64,000 nt of DNA from Chloroflexota bacterium (GTDB taxonomy: Bacteria; Chloroflexota; UBA11872; VXOZ01). Below are positions 9,976-19,346 of the stretch, piece after piece. Position 1 is the stretch's first letter. Every line of letters begins with the position of its first letter. Location of the stretch: NCBI GenBank assembly GCA_964291655.2, contig OZ219802.1:2080001-2144000 (forward strand). Reading direction: 5' to 3'. The position numbers were made by a program, and so were the translations under genes. Below the pieces are notes generated by a model that was not told the DNA's origin, searched no databases, and saw nothing but the letters and a program-made list of their open reading frames with translations.

Positions 9976-10229
9976 TTCGACAAGCTCAGGGCGAACGGAA
10001 TAGAAAAGTCCGGGACAAACGGATTCGACAGGCTCAGGGCGTACGCTATCGAAATGCTCAGAACGAACGCAGTCAACAAGCTCAGGGCGAACGCTATCGA
10101 AACGCTCAAGGTAAACGCGATCGAAAAGCTCGGATCGAACGAATTTGACAGGCTCAGGGCGATCGGAATCGCATAGTTCGGGACAAACGGATTTGACAGG
10201 CCCGGGACAAACGCATTCGACAAGCTGAG
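9976..10229. repeat. degenerate tandem array with exact 24-bp period, 10 full units plus 1 partial
   Basis: Unit consensus about TTCGACAAGCTCAGGGCGAACGGA; TTCGA at 9976 and at 10216 (=10x24). Confidence 0.9.
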
Positions 10230-10293
10230 AGCCTGCCCCGTACCTGATACAGCGAATCGACACGAAACGGGGGTGAATGGAAGAGCGGGGAAT

Positions 10294-10726
10294 CCGTTCG
10301 TGCTGAGCCTGCCTGTCCTGAGCTTTTCGAAGGGTCGAAGCACGGATTGGCGCATGAGAGCCGAACTATGAGATGCCTTCAAGTAGTCCAACACGATTGT
10401 ATTGATCGGTAGCGTAGTCCCTTCGACTGAGCCTGTACTGAGCACTTCGGCAAGCTCAGCACAGGCTCTGCCGAAGTGCTCTGGACACGTTTGCAACCCC
10501 GTATCACGCGCGGGGCAGGCTCTGCGCCATCTTGCCGTATCGTGGAGCGAGCACACCAGCCCGGGGGCAGAGCACAGGTTACAAACCTGTGCTACCGGAA
10601 CGCTTACTGTGCTACCGGAGCTCTTACCTATCTACCGGCGCTCCCGTTCGTGCTGAGCCTGCCTGTCCTGAGCTTGTCGAAGGGTCGAAGCACGGTTTGG
10701 CGCATGAGAGCCGAACTATGAGATGC
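10294..10726. repeat. two direct ~83-bp REP composites flanking a nested GTAG-REP pair
   Basis: CCGTTCGTGCTGAGCCTGCCTGTCC...CTATGAGATGC at ~10294 and ~10644; GGTAGCG...GCTACCGG pair between them. Confidence 0.8.
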
Positions 10727-10729
10727 TTT

Positions 10730-11581
10730 CTAATTCAACTCTTGCCAGATCCGGCGCACGAAAGCAATGGCCTCGCGGGTCTCCTCTACGCGGTTCTCCC
10801 CGGCCTCGCGCTCGATGCAGTGGTAACCCGTGAACCCGATGTCTTGATACGACTTCAGGTAGCGCGGCCACTCGATCCAGCCCTGGCCCAATGGAGTCTC
10901 ATGGCGGCCGGAGTCATCCTCCACGGCGGAATCTTTGATGTGTGTATGTATGATATGGTCCCGCAGGATGTAGACTGCTTCGTGGGGGTCGGATTCGGCA
11001 AAGGCCTCCGCGCGATCGTATGGGCGACCCTCTTGTTTGGCAATGCGCGCCGCCCACGTGATGAAGTTTGCCGGGTCGAGGTTAATCTTTATTCCATCGG
11101 TATCGATTGAGTTAATGAGATCCAGCAGCACGGACGGCGGTTCCGGGCCGGTCTCGATACCGAAGTACATGCCCGTCTGCTCCGCATGCGTACCGATTGC
11201 TTCCATAGCTTCGCGAAAGACCTGCCGTCGCGGGGCGTTGGCGTCTTTGGGCACGATGCCGATGTGGCTGGTGAGCGCCGGGGCGCCGAGAGCGCGGGTG
11301 TGGTCGAGCAGGCGCCTGGTTTCGTCCACCCGCTCAGCCATCGTGTCGGCATCTCCAAAGTCGTCCAGGCCGCCGTCGGTTGCCGAAATCACCATGCCCA
11401 AGTCTGACACACGCTGCTGCACTTCCTTGATTCCCGCCGCATCGAGCTCATCGGGACCGTATTCGCCGTGCCCTACCGTCAACTGCACGCTCTCAGCACC
11501 GATCTGCGCCGCCGTTTCGAGGCCTTCCGGCCCCGGCGTGCGCAAGCAGATGAGCCGCACACCAACTTTGATATCAGCCAT
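10730..11581 (-). CDS. sugar phosphate isomerase/epimerase (xylose isomerase-like TIM barrel)
   Basis: GIETGPE, NLDPAN, HTHIKD, CIERE metal motifs. Confidence 0.88.
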   Translation of the reverse strand: MADIKVGVRLICLRTPGPEGLETAAQIGAESVQLTVGHGEYGPDELDAAGIKEVQQRVSDLGMVISATDGGLDDFGDADTMAERVDETRRLLDHTRALGAPALTSHIGIVPKDANAPRRQVFREAMEAIGTHAEQTGMYFGIETGPEPPSVLLDLINSIDTDGIKINLDPANFITWAARIAKQEGRPYDRAEAFAESDPHEAVYILRDHIIHTHIKDSAVEDDSGRHETPLGQGWIEWPRYLKSYQDIGFTGYHCIEREAGENRVEETREAIAFVRRIWQELN

Positions 11582-11674
11582 GGCAATACCTTTCTTCTAC
11601 GACTTCCCCATTTCCATTTCTTAATTCAAACAAAATCAACACCGTCATTACCATGAAAATGGCAAGCCGACCTC

Positions 11675-11833
11675 CGTCATTCCCGCGCAAGCGGGAATCC
11701 ATCTTCTCTACACTGCACGCGAGAGGTTTCTTGTGAGAAACAACTCTCGCACTTGTTCAAGGTGCGTTGTTCGGAGGAAGGCCATGTTGGGACGATGCAG
11801 GGCACGAGATTCCTCGCTCCGCTTCGGAATGAC
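11675..11833. repeat. inverted pair of CGTC/GTCATTCC-type REPs
   Basis: CGTCATTCCCGCGCAAGCGGGAATCCA and GATTCCTCGCTCCGCTTCGGAATGAC; relatives at 24078, 31750, 43071 and 57790. Confidence 0.8.
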
Positions 11834-11901
11834 AATGCGCGCCAACACCGCTTTGCACAAAGCCGCCACTGCGCTGACATCATACCACGCCTGTTGCGGT
11901 G

Positions 11902-13116
11902 TCACGCCAGCACGTCACGAACCTGCTGTTCCATGTACTCAAGTGCCCGTGGCAGCATCACCTGACCGCGAATAGCCGCTTGCAGCGTCTCTGCGCAGAC
12001 TTCCTCCACCTGCGGATAGGCGGCAAACATTGGAAACGTCAGCATGTGGTTCTGAATGGTCTCCTCCAACAATTCCAGCCGCCTTGCATGCATCGTGCCC
12101 GAGGGTGTCTCGCTGCGGACGCGCGCCATCACCGCGTCTCTCGGCACAATTGCGCCGGCCTGGGTCTCCAGGTACTGGCTCTCTGCGGAGGTCAGAAAGC
12201 GCACGAGCGCCAGCGCGCCTTCCATGTCCCGCACCGATGCGGGAATAGCGAACGAGTGACCTCCCGCATAGACGGCGCGTTTACCAGCGGGGCCAAGCGG
12301 ATAGGGCGCAACGCCAAACGCATCGGCTACGGCGCTGGTCTGCGGGTCGGTGAGTAGGCCGTAGTAGGCTGGCCAGTCCGCGGTCAACGCGCAACTGCCG
12401 TCACGAAAGAGCTGCGATACTTCATCGAAGTAGGTCGCGGTGAGATCACGCGGGGTGAGGCCCTGCTGGTAGAGGTCGGCCAGGAAGCCCAATGCCCAGC
12501 GGCCGGCAGACGTATCAAATGACGGGTTAAGCTGCGTATCGAATAGTGTCCCGCCCGCCATGGCGACCAACTCGAAGAACGTCCCAAACAAACCCGAGGA
12601 ATGTCCGGGAAAGGCAAAGCCAAAGAGGTCGGGAGGCCGCGTGAAATACGTTGCCACGTCACGCACCTCATCCCACGTCCGCGGCACGCGCAGCGGACGG
12701 CCGTACTGCCGTTGAAACCGCGCGTGCTCCTCAGCATCTTCCAGCAGATCGCTCCGGTAGAAGAGAATGCGGGCGTCCACGTTGCGGGGAATCTGCACGA
12801 GCGCGCCATCGACCCGCGCAAGTTCGAGCAAAGCTGGCGAATAGTCTGCAAGCTCAGCTTCAGAAAAGTGCGTATCAAGGGGAAGCAGCCACGCCTGCTG
12901 AGCCGGTGCGTATTTGACGTGGGTTGAGATGACGTCGTAAGCTGCTGTGCCGGCAGCAATCACCTCGTCGATGTGGGCATTCAGCGCGGGATGCGGCAGG
13001 CGCACGTGGACATTGACCGCGTAACCGGTCTCCTGCTCGAATTGGGGTAAGCGACTGTAGAGCGCGTCATACTGCGGCCCGCTGATGAAGGCGACGTTGA
13101 GGTGTTGCTGCGGCAA
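11902..13116 (-). CDS. sugar ABC-type solute-binding protein with no obvious signal peptide
   Basis: SBP_bac_1-like motifs (IPRNVDARILFYRSDL, PRTWDEV, GGHSFAI); GAGGAG upstream of TTG. Confidence 0.8.
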   Translation of the reverse strand: MPQQHLNVAFISGPQYDALYSRLPQFEQETGYAVNVHVRLPHPALNAHIDEVIAAGTAAYDVISTHVKYAPAQQAWLLPLDTHFSEAELADYSPALLELARVDGALVQIPRNVDARILFYRSDLLEDAEEHARFQRQYGRPLRVPRTWDEVRDVATYFTRPPDLFGFAFPGHSSGLFGTFFELVAMAGGTLFDTQLNPSFDTSAGRWALGFLADLYQQGLTPRDLTATYFDEVSQLFRDGSCALTADWPAYYGLLTDPQTSAVADAFGVAPYPLGPAGKRAVYAGGHSFAIPASVRDMEGALALVRFLTSAESQYLETQAGAIVPRDAVMARVRSETPSGTMHARRLELLEETIQNHMLTFPMFAAYPQVEEVCAETLQAAIRGQVMLPRALEYMEQQVRDVLA

Positions 13117-13465
13117 GAGTGGCAGTACTCCTCGGCACGATGCTGTAGGTATATAGAATGCGGCCTGTTTTGTTCGGCTACCGAAGCCATTGCACAGATT
13201 CGTAATTCCGGCGAACCCCGGAATCTAGAAGGAGGCGGAGTCCAAGCACTCGCCGGCTAATTGCATTCAAAGTCTTCCCGACCTTCCCTCGGAGTCAGGA
13301 GAGGGGCGATTGAGCGCCTTCAAGTCAGGCGGGGGACAAGCCCCCACGCTACAAGGAGAATGGGCCGCTCTAGACTTCCGTCCCGCTTACCGCCATCAGC
13401 TACTTCTCGTGGGTTCCAGCAACAACTCCCTCATCAAGAGAAAGTGTTCTCTTGCGTAACTTACT

Positions 13466-14290
13466 CTACAGCATGCCAAAAAGCGGCTGGCCCTTTACAC
13501 CGATGTCGAGGCGGTAAACTGCGCCGGTCTCGGTTTCCGTGACGTAGAGTGAGTCATCCCAGAAGGCCACGTTCGTGGGATTCTTGCCTGACACCGGCAA
13601 CTCCTCAATCACTTCGCCGGTGGGCGCAATCACGGCCACTGCGCTCTTGCCGTAATGGGCCACGTAGAGGTTGCCGTCTGCGCCAAAGTCCATGCCGTCC
13701 GGCCCCACGCCGCCTTCCATCTGGGCGTACAAGCTGCGGTTGTTGGCGCTGCCGTCGGAGTTCAGGGTAAAGGCATGAATGCGCCGGGTAAAGGTCTCCG
13801 CAACGTAGAGCGTCCCCTCGTCCGCGGACAGACAGATGCCGTTTGGGAACGCCAGACCTACGGCAAAGACTGAGATCGCGCCATCTGCCCCTACACGGAA
13901 CACGCGTCCCACCGGGTTTTCCAGCGTAGACCCCTTAGGATCCGTGAAGTAGCAGTTGCCGTGACTATCGAGAATGAGATCGTTCGGGCCCCGGAACGGC
14001 TTCTTCTAAAACGACTCCGCCACCACCGACCACGTCCCGTCGGGCGTAAAATCAAGGATCTGCGCCAAGCCGTTTTCCGCGACAATCAGATGACCGCTTT
14101 GGTGCAGGCGCGACCCGCACGGCACACCGCCGGTCTCCGCAAAGACTTCCACGTGTCCATCCTGCGTTACCTTGCTGATACGTCCGGCATCACACTCCAT
14201 GACGTAGAAGTTGCCTGCGCGATCGAAGGAAGGACCTTCGGGAAAGCCAAAGCCGTCGGCAACCAGAATAGGATCAGCGTCGGTCTTCAT
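13466..14290 (-). pseudogene. SMP-30/gluconolactonase interrupted by one in-frame TAG
   Basis: FPEGP...AESF*KKPFRGPNDL...FPNGI...GPDGM all in one frame; TAG at 14008-14006. Confidence 0.85.
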
Positions 14291-14380
14291 GCGCAAGTTT
14301 CCTTTCTCTTCGGTAACGGTGTGCGCCTCCGCGCACACGCCCTGGCGCGCCCTTCCGCACAAGCATGAAAAGATTATTTG

Positions 14381-15259
14381 CTACTGCGTTGCAGCGTCTT
14401 TGTCGCGTTTCTGCGCCGCCGGACCCAACGGACGTGAGAGATCGTACTCCAAGAGCTCGGGATGACGTTGCAGGAACTCCTGCACTCGCGTACCGCCCAG
14501 ACCCTTGAAGCCAAGCAGAAACCCGCCATCTATAAGCAACGTGTGCCCCGTAACAAAGCGCGCGTCCGCCGAACAGAGATAGAGCGCCCCTTGGGCGATG
14601 TCCTCGGCGCGACCAACGGTGGGAAGAACATTCCAGAGGATATTCCGTTCGTGCCAGATCGGATCGTTGGCGTTTTCTTCTTTCATCTCATCCGACGGTA
14701 TGGCGCCCGGCGCAATCGCGTTGACGCGAATGCCGTCGTTGCCCAATTCGAGGGCCATTTGCTTTGTGAGCTGGATGAGCGCGGCCTTGGCCGTCTCGTA
14801 GGTAGGGTAGCCGGGGCTGACCTGGAAGCCGTGCACCGAGCTGAGGTTGAGGATCGCGCCGCCGCCGGCCGCTCGCATGTGTGGCACGGCGAATTTGCTC
14901 GCCAAGAAAGGCGCTCTGAGCAAGACGTCAAAACTCGCGTCCCAATCCTCCGCGCTCAGCTCTTCTATCGAACCGCGCCGCTCCCAATGAGCATTGTTAA
15001 CGAGAATTGTCACCCCGCCGTAGCGTTCCACCGCGGTGGCCACCATGTCGCGGTTGCCGGCTTCGGTGCCAACGTCCGCATGGAAGAATGACGCTTCGCC
15101 GTCGTCGCTGCATATAGCCTCCGCCACGGCTTCGCCCGCCTCGTCCTGGATGTCGGCAATGAGGACTTTCGCCCCGTCTGCCGCGAATCGACGCGCAATC
15201 GCACGCCCGATGTTATTGGCGGCGCCCGTGACGATGGCTATGTGATTCTGCAAGCGCAT
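14381..15259 (-). CDS. SDR family oxidoreductase
   Basis: TGAANNIG, NNA, YETAK, VNAIAPG. Confidence 0.92.
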   Translation of the reverse strand: MRLQNHIAIVTGAANNIGRAIARRFAADGAKVLIADIQDEAGEAVAEAICSDDGEASFFHADVGTEAGNRDMVATAVERYGGVTILVNNAHWERRGSIEELSAEDWDASFDVLLRAPFLASKFAVPHMRAAGGGAILNLSSVHGFQVSPGYPTYETAKAALIQLTKQMALELGNDGIRVNAIAPGAIPSDEMKEENANDPIWHERNILWNVLPTVGRAEDIAQGALYLCSADARFVTGHTLLIDGGFLLGFKGLGGTRVQEFLQRHPELLEYDLSRPLGPAAQKRDKDAATQ

Positions 15260-15571
15260 AATGCACGAGGGTCCTGTGTGCAGTCGATGTCGAGTGGAGT
15301 CTATGGCGTTTCAATCAAAGTCGCAAATCGCCCGGCATCTTCATCCGTAATCGGGGAGGGCCGCGCGGCGTCTGCCGGACTTGGGGTAGCGTGTTCGTCT
15401 CTTTACATGCGAAGGCTTGTACCTATTTGAACAAATGGGCAGCGATTTGTCTACCTTCATAGGGACAGTGGACAATTCTCAAGTGGCACGCAAGCCAGGT
15501 GCTCGACCTCCCAACGATACTACGCTTGCCAAATTGTCGTATCGGGCTAACCGCATGCGTACCTTCTCTTT

Positions 15572-15733
15572 GTAGCGCTGGGCATGTCCCCCCGCCAGTG
15601 CACCAGAAAACGTAGCGCGGGGCTTGTCCCCCGCCAGAGCACCAGAAGACGTAGCGCGGGGGCTTGTCCCCCGTCAGAGCAGCAGAAAACGTAGCGCGGG
15701 GGCTTGTGCCCCCGCCAGTGCACCAGAAAACGT
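15572..15733. repeat. four tandem ~40-bp GTAG-REP units
   Basis: GTAGCGCGGGGGCTTGTCCCCCG...CAGAAAAC at 15572, 15612, 15651 and 15691. Confidence 0.9.
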
Positions 15734-15861
15734 GAGCTGCAAGAGTCCGGCCTCAATCTGGCTTCCGACGTGCGCCGGATTGACGTATGCAAGCTTGCCG
15801 CCTGCGGGCATGGACGACTATTCTGCAACAGTGCCGTTTCACAGGAGTTTTCTTGGTCGCA

Positions 15862-16731
15862 ATGCCGTACATCCGCGTAGTCCTGGCGCTGATTGCCTCT
15901 GTGGCGATCATCAGCAGCGCCTCAATACTGATAAAGCTTGCCGACGCGCCGGTGCTCATCATCGCAGCCTACAGGTTGGGAATTGCCGCGCTGGTGCTGG
16001 CGCCGGTCACGCTCGCAGTACGCAGGGAACATCTGCGGGCACTGAGTCGCCGTGATTGGCTGATTGGAGCGGTGGCGGGCAGCTTCCTTGGTCTGCACTT
16101 CATCGCCTGGATTGCTTCGCTGGAGTATACGTCCGTTGCCAGTTCCGTCGTGCTCGTTACGATTAATCCCATCTTCGTCGGTCTCGGCATGGTCGTAATC
16201 TTCCGCGAACGGCTTCACCCGCTGCTGGTGTGGGGCATCGCGCTTTCAGTGACTGGCGGCATCCTGATCGGCTACAGCGACTTTCAGGTGGCAGGTCAAG
16301 CCATCTACGGTGATGCACTGGCGCTGCTCGGGGCGGTGTTTCACTCCGGCTACTTGCTGCTGGGACAACGTCTGCGCCGGCGCCTCGACCTGCTGCCGTA
16401 CATCACGGTAGTTTACGGCATGGCCGCGCTGCTGGTGCTCGTCGCGGCGCTGGTGACACAACAGACGTTCACCGGCTACGCGCCCGCGACCTTTCTCGTA
16501 ATGATCCTCTTGGCGCTCGGACCTCAACTCCTCGGCCACACGGCCTACAATTGGACTCTGCGTTACGTCTCCGCCGCGGTCGTCGCCGTGGCAATCCTGG
16601 GCGAGCCGGTGGGCGCGAGTATTCTCGCGTACTTCATCCTGGACGAGCACCTGACGTTGCTGCAGGTCAGCGGCGGAGCGTTGGTGTTAATAGGGATATA
16701 CCTCGCCCTGCGCACGCAAAGGCGCGAATAG
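15862..16731 (+). CDS. DMT/EamA family transporter
   Basis: About 10 TM segments; SLEYTSVASSVVL, LGEPVGA. Confidence 0.9.
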   Translation: MPYIRVVLALIASVAIISSASILIKLADAPVLIIAAYRLGIAALVLAPVTLAVRREHLRALSRRDWLIGAVAGSFLGLHFIAWIASLEYTSVASSVVLVTINPIFVGLGMVVIFRERLHPLLVWGIALSVTGGILIGYSDFQVAGQAIYGDALALLGAVFHSGYLLLGQRLRRRLDLLPYITVVYGMAALLVLVAALVTQQTFTGYAPATFLVMILLALGPQLLGHTAYNWTLRYVSAAVVAVAILGEPVGASILAYFILDEHLTLLQVSGGALVLIGIYLALRTQRRE

Positions 16732-16912
16732 TCGATTGTCAGTACCCTTGCCACCTGCTACTATCCCTGAAAGACTGCGCTTGAACTCTGTTCTCTTATG
16801 CGAGAACACTGGGCAGTCGTATTGATAAAGCTGTTGTCCATTCTTGTCGTGGTATCCCGTTTCTATAGAAGAATTTTGGCTCAGACGCTCAGCATAAAAA
16901 GGATTGTCTCTC

Positions 16913-18316
16913 GTGAACTGCATCGTCATCTGTCTCGACACCTTTCGCGCCGATTGTATCCGGCATCTCGGCGCAGAAAACATGCAAACGCCAACCCTCG
17001 ACGCCATGGCGCGGGACGGGGTCTGGTTTGAGAACGCCTTTGCCGAGGCGCTGCCGACCGTGCCCGCGCGGCGCTCGCTCTTTACCGGCATACGCGGGTT
17101 CCCGTGGCGCTGGACGATTGACACCACAGGCTCCTCACCGGGCGCGCCGGGCATGCCCGGCTGGCACGGCGTGCCGCCCCATCAGCAAACGCTGGCCGAG
17201 CGGCTTTCCCGCGCGGGCTACGCGACGGGCCTCGTGGCCGATACCTACCACCTCTTCAAGCCGACTATGAACTTCACACGTGGTTTCATGAACTGGGAGT
17301 TCTTTCGCGGCCAGGAGGCCGATCCCTACCGCCTGGGCACCGAGGAGGAACTCCAGGCCGAGCGCTACACCTACAATCCTGACAATGTGCCATTCGGGCT
17401 GCGCCAGTGGCTCTGGAACGTGAAGGACCGCCACACGGAAGAGGACTTCACTTTTGCCAAGTGCATGCGCCGGGCCATCCAATTCATCGAGGAAAGCCGC
17501 GACCAGCACCCGTTCTTTCTCTGGGTCGACTCATTCGAGGCCCACGAGCCCTGGCATCCGCCGTTCAGCTATGCCGACGCCTACATGGACGCGCCCTGGC
17601 AGGGCATCGAACCCATTCAGCCGCGCGGCGAGCCGTTGTCCGCGGCGGAAGAGGAGCGCGTTAAGGCGCTCTACTATGGCTCGATCACGTTCATCGACAA
17701 GTGGATGGGTGTACTGCTCAACCACCTGGCAGACAGCGGCTTGCTGGACGAGACCATCATCGTCTTTACGTCCGACCACGGCACGCAGATGAACGAGCAC
17801 GGCGAATTCGGCAAGAGCCAGCGCCACATGAACGCCTACAACACCCGCGTGAACATGCTCGTGCGCCATCCGGAAGGGCCCAGCGACACGGTCATCACGC
17901 CCTTTGTGCAGCACATCGATGTTGCCCCCACGGTCCTGAACTGGCTCGGCGTGCCCCACAACCGCCTGGACGGCGCGGACATGTGGCCGCTCGCCACCGG
18001 CAATCGGGACGAACTGCGCGATTGGTCGCTCACCGTCTGGGGCTACGAGGCGAGCGTGCGCGACCATACCTGGAACGCGGTGGTGAACATCCAGGAATCC
18101 GATCCGCAGTGGAAGCTCTACCGCATCGATGATGACCGCGATAGCTTTGACGACGTGGCAGCCCAGCACCCTGACGTAGTGGCAAAGCAACGCTCGCGCT
18201 TGGATGGCTACTTAGGTGAACCCCTGCCGGCCCGCCTGCCGGGTCAACATCCGGGCAGCCCGTATCCGCTGATGGACTTCAATGCGGCCCGGGCGCGGCA
18301 ACAAAAGGGGACTTAG
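16913..18316 (+). CDS. sulfatase-like alkaline phosphatase superfamily hydrolase (Thr in nucleophile position)
   Basis: LDTFRAD, PTVPARRSLFTG, HEPW, FTSDHG; GTG start after AAAGGA. Confidence 0.85.
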   Translation: MNCIVICLDTFRADCIRHLGAENMQTPTLDAMARDGVWFENAFAEALPTVPARRSLFTGIRGFPWRWTIDTTGSSPGAPGMPGWHGVPPHQQTLAERLSRAGYATGLVADTYHLFKPTMNFTRGFMNWEFFRGQEADPYRLGTEEELQAERYTYNPDNVPFGLRQWLWNVKDRHTEEDFTFAKCMRRAIQFIEESRDQHPFFLWVDSFEAHEPWHPPFSYADAYMDAPWQGIEPIQPRGEPLSAAEEERVKALYYGSITFIDKWMGVLLNHLADSGLLDETIIVFTSDHGTQMNEHGEFGKSQRHMNAYNTRVNMLVRHPEGPSDTVITPFVQHIDVAPTVLNWLGVPHNRLDGADMWPLATGNRDELRDWSLTVWGYEASVRDHTWNAVVNIQESDPQWKLYRIDDDRDSFDDVAAQHPDVVAKQRSRLDGYLGEPLPARLPGQHPGSPYPLMDFNAARARQQKGT

Positions 18317-18629
18317 GCAACCCGCTGCATGAGTTTGGCCTTGTCGACCGCTTGACGTCAAGGCGCTGAGACGAGGCGTTGCTATCTAATTCATACACGC
18401 GTTAGCTTGTTGGTGCTCATCATTTCTTTCGCGTTGGAATTACGCACATGAACTCTGCCAACAGTGGTTGAACCTGCGTCTCGCTTGGACAGCGGATTCT
18501 CCAGCATTCTCATCGCCAAGCGCGGCATGCCAAGACCCGATCACACCGTCAACAAGCACCGGCTATGCCAAACTGTTCGGTTGTTGTATACTATTATATT
18601 GTAAGGCAGCAACTGAGGAGTGTGATCAG

Positions 18630-18815
18630 ATGACCTCGATTGATGAGCGCGTCGCTCGCATCGAGGGCGGCTATGAACACCTGGCAACCAAGGCAGACAT
18701 TGCCGAGCTGCGCAGTGAAGTCCGGACGATGAAGTGGATGCTGGGGCTGGGCCTTACGGCCGTCGTAGCGGTGTCTGCTGTCTTGCAGGTGATCGCGCTT
18801 CTACCATCTGCCTGA
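18630..18815 (+). CDS. small coiled-coil plus TM protein (DUF1640/CCDC90-like)
   Basis: LATKADIAELRSEV..MKWMLG followed by hydrophobic tail; GAGGAG SD. Confidence 0.7.
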   Translation: MTSIDERVARIEGGYEHLATKADIAELRSEVRTMKWMLGLGLTAVVAVSAVLQVIALLPSA

Positions 18816-18908
18816 TGGGTCCTAGCATTGGGTAGGTCTGTGCTCCTTGCCCTCAGATGGCGGGCCGAAGCAGGTTTCCCCAATCGCTGTTCTCATTTCA
18901 GCGCCACT

Positions 18909-19346
18909 CTATGCAAGCAGCCGCTTCGTTCTCCACGCCCGGTAGGCGAATAGCACCGGCAGGCCCAGCACGAAGAGCCGCCCGACTAGTGCCCATATGG
19001 GATCTGGACGATAGACGTACTCAATTTCGTCGCGCACGGTGGTGAGACCCTCCCCACTCACCAGAAACGTATGCCGGTGGATCCAATGCGCAAACGGGCC
19101 GCTAAGCTGTTTATCGGCAAAGCCTGCCTCGCTCACGGATTCGATGGCGGCGTGCCAGCGGATGGGAAACGGGCCGAGCCAGAGCGTGAACCGGAGTTCG
19201 TCACCGGTTGACAGGACTTCCGGTCCCTCCTGAATCCGTACAATCATGGGCGGCGGCGTGATCTCGACGAGGCTCTGCCGCCTGCGGTGGAAGTGGGCCA
19301 CCTTCTCGCGCGGCGCGGCAATCGTGAATTCGTGCCTGAACGCCAT
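18909..19346 (-). CDS. SRPBCC family protein
   Basis: ITPP, FADKQLSGPFAHWIHRHTF; overlaps the stop of the upstream gene. Confidence 0.85.
   Translation of the reverse strand: MAFRHEFTIAAPREKVAHFHRRRQSLVEITPPPMIVRIQEGPEVLSTGDELRFTLWLGPFPIRWHAAIESVSEAGFADKQLSGPFAHWIHRHTFLVSGEGLTTVRDEIEYVYRPDPIWALVGRLFVLGLPVLFAYRAWRTKRLLA

Noticed and set aside
13466-14290. Genome-wide TAG recoding
   Set aside because: Many genes here end properly at TAG (e.g. 908, 16731, 28010, 31492, 36700).
15572-15733. CRISPR array
   Set aside because: The linkers are ~16 bp and nearly identical, so this is a tandem REP array.
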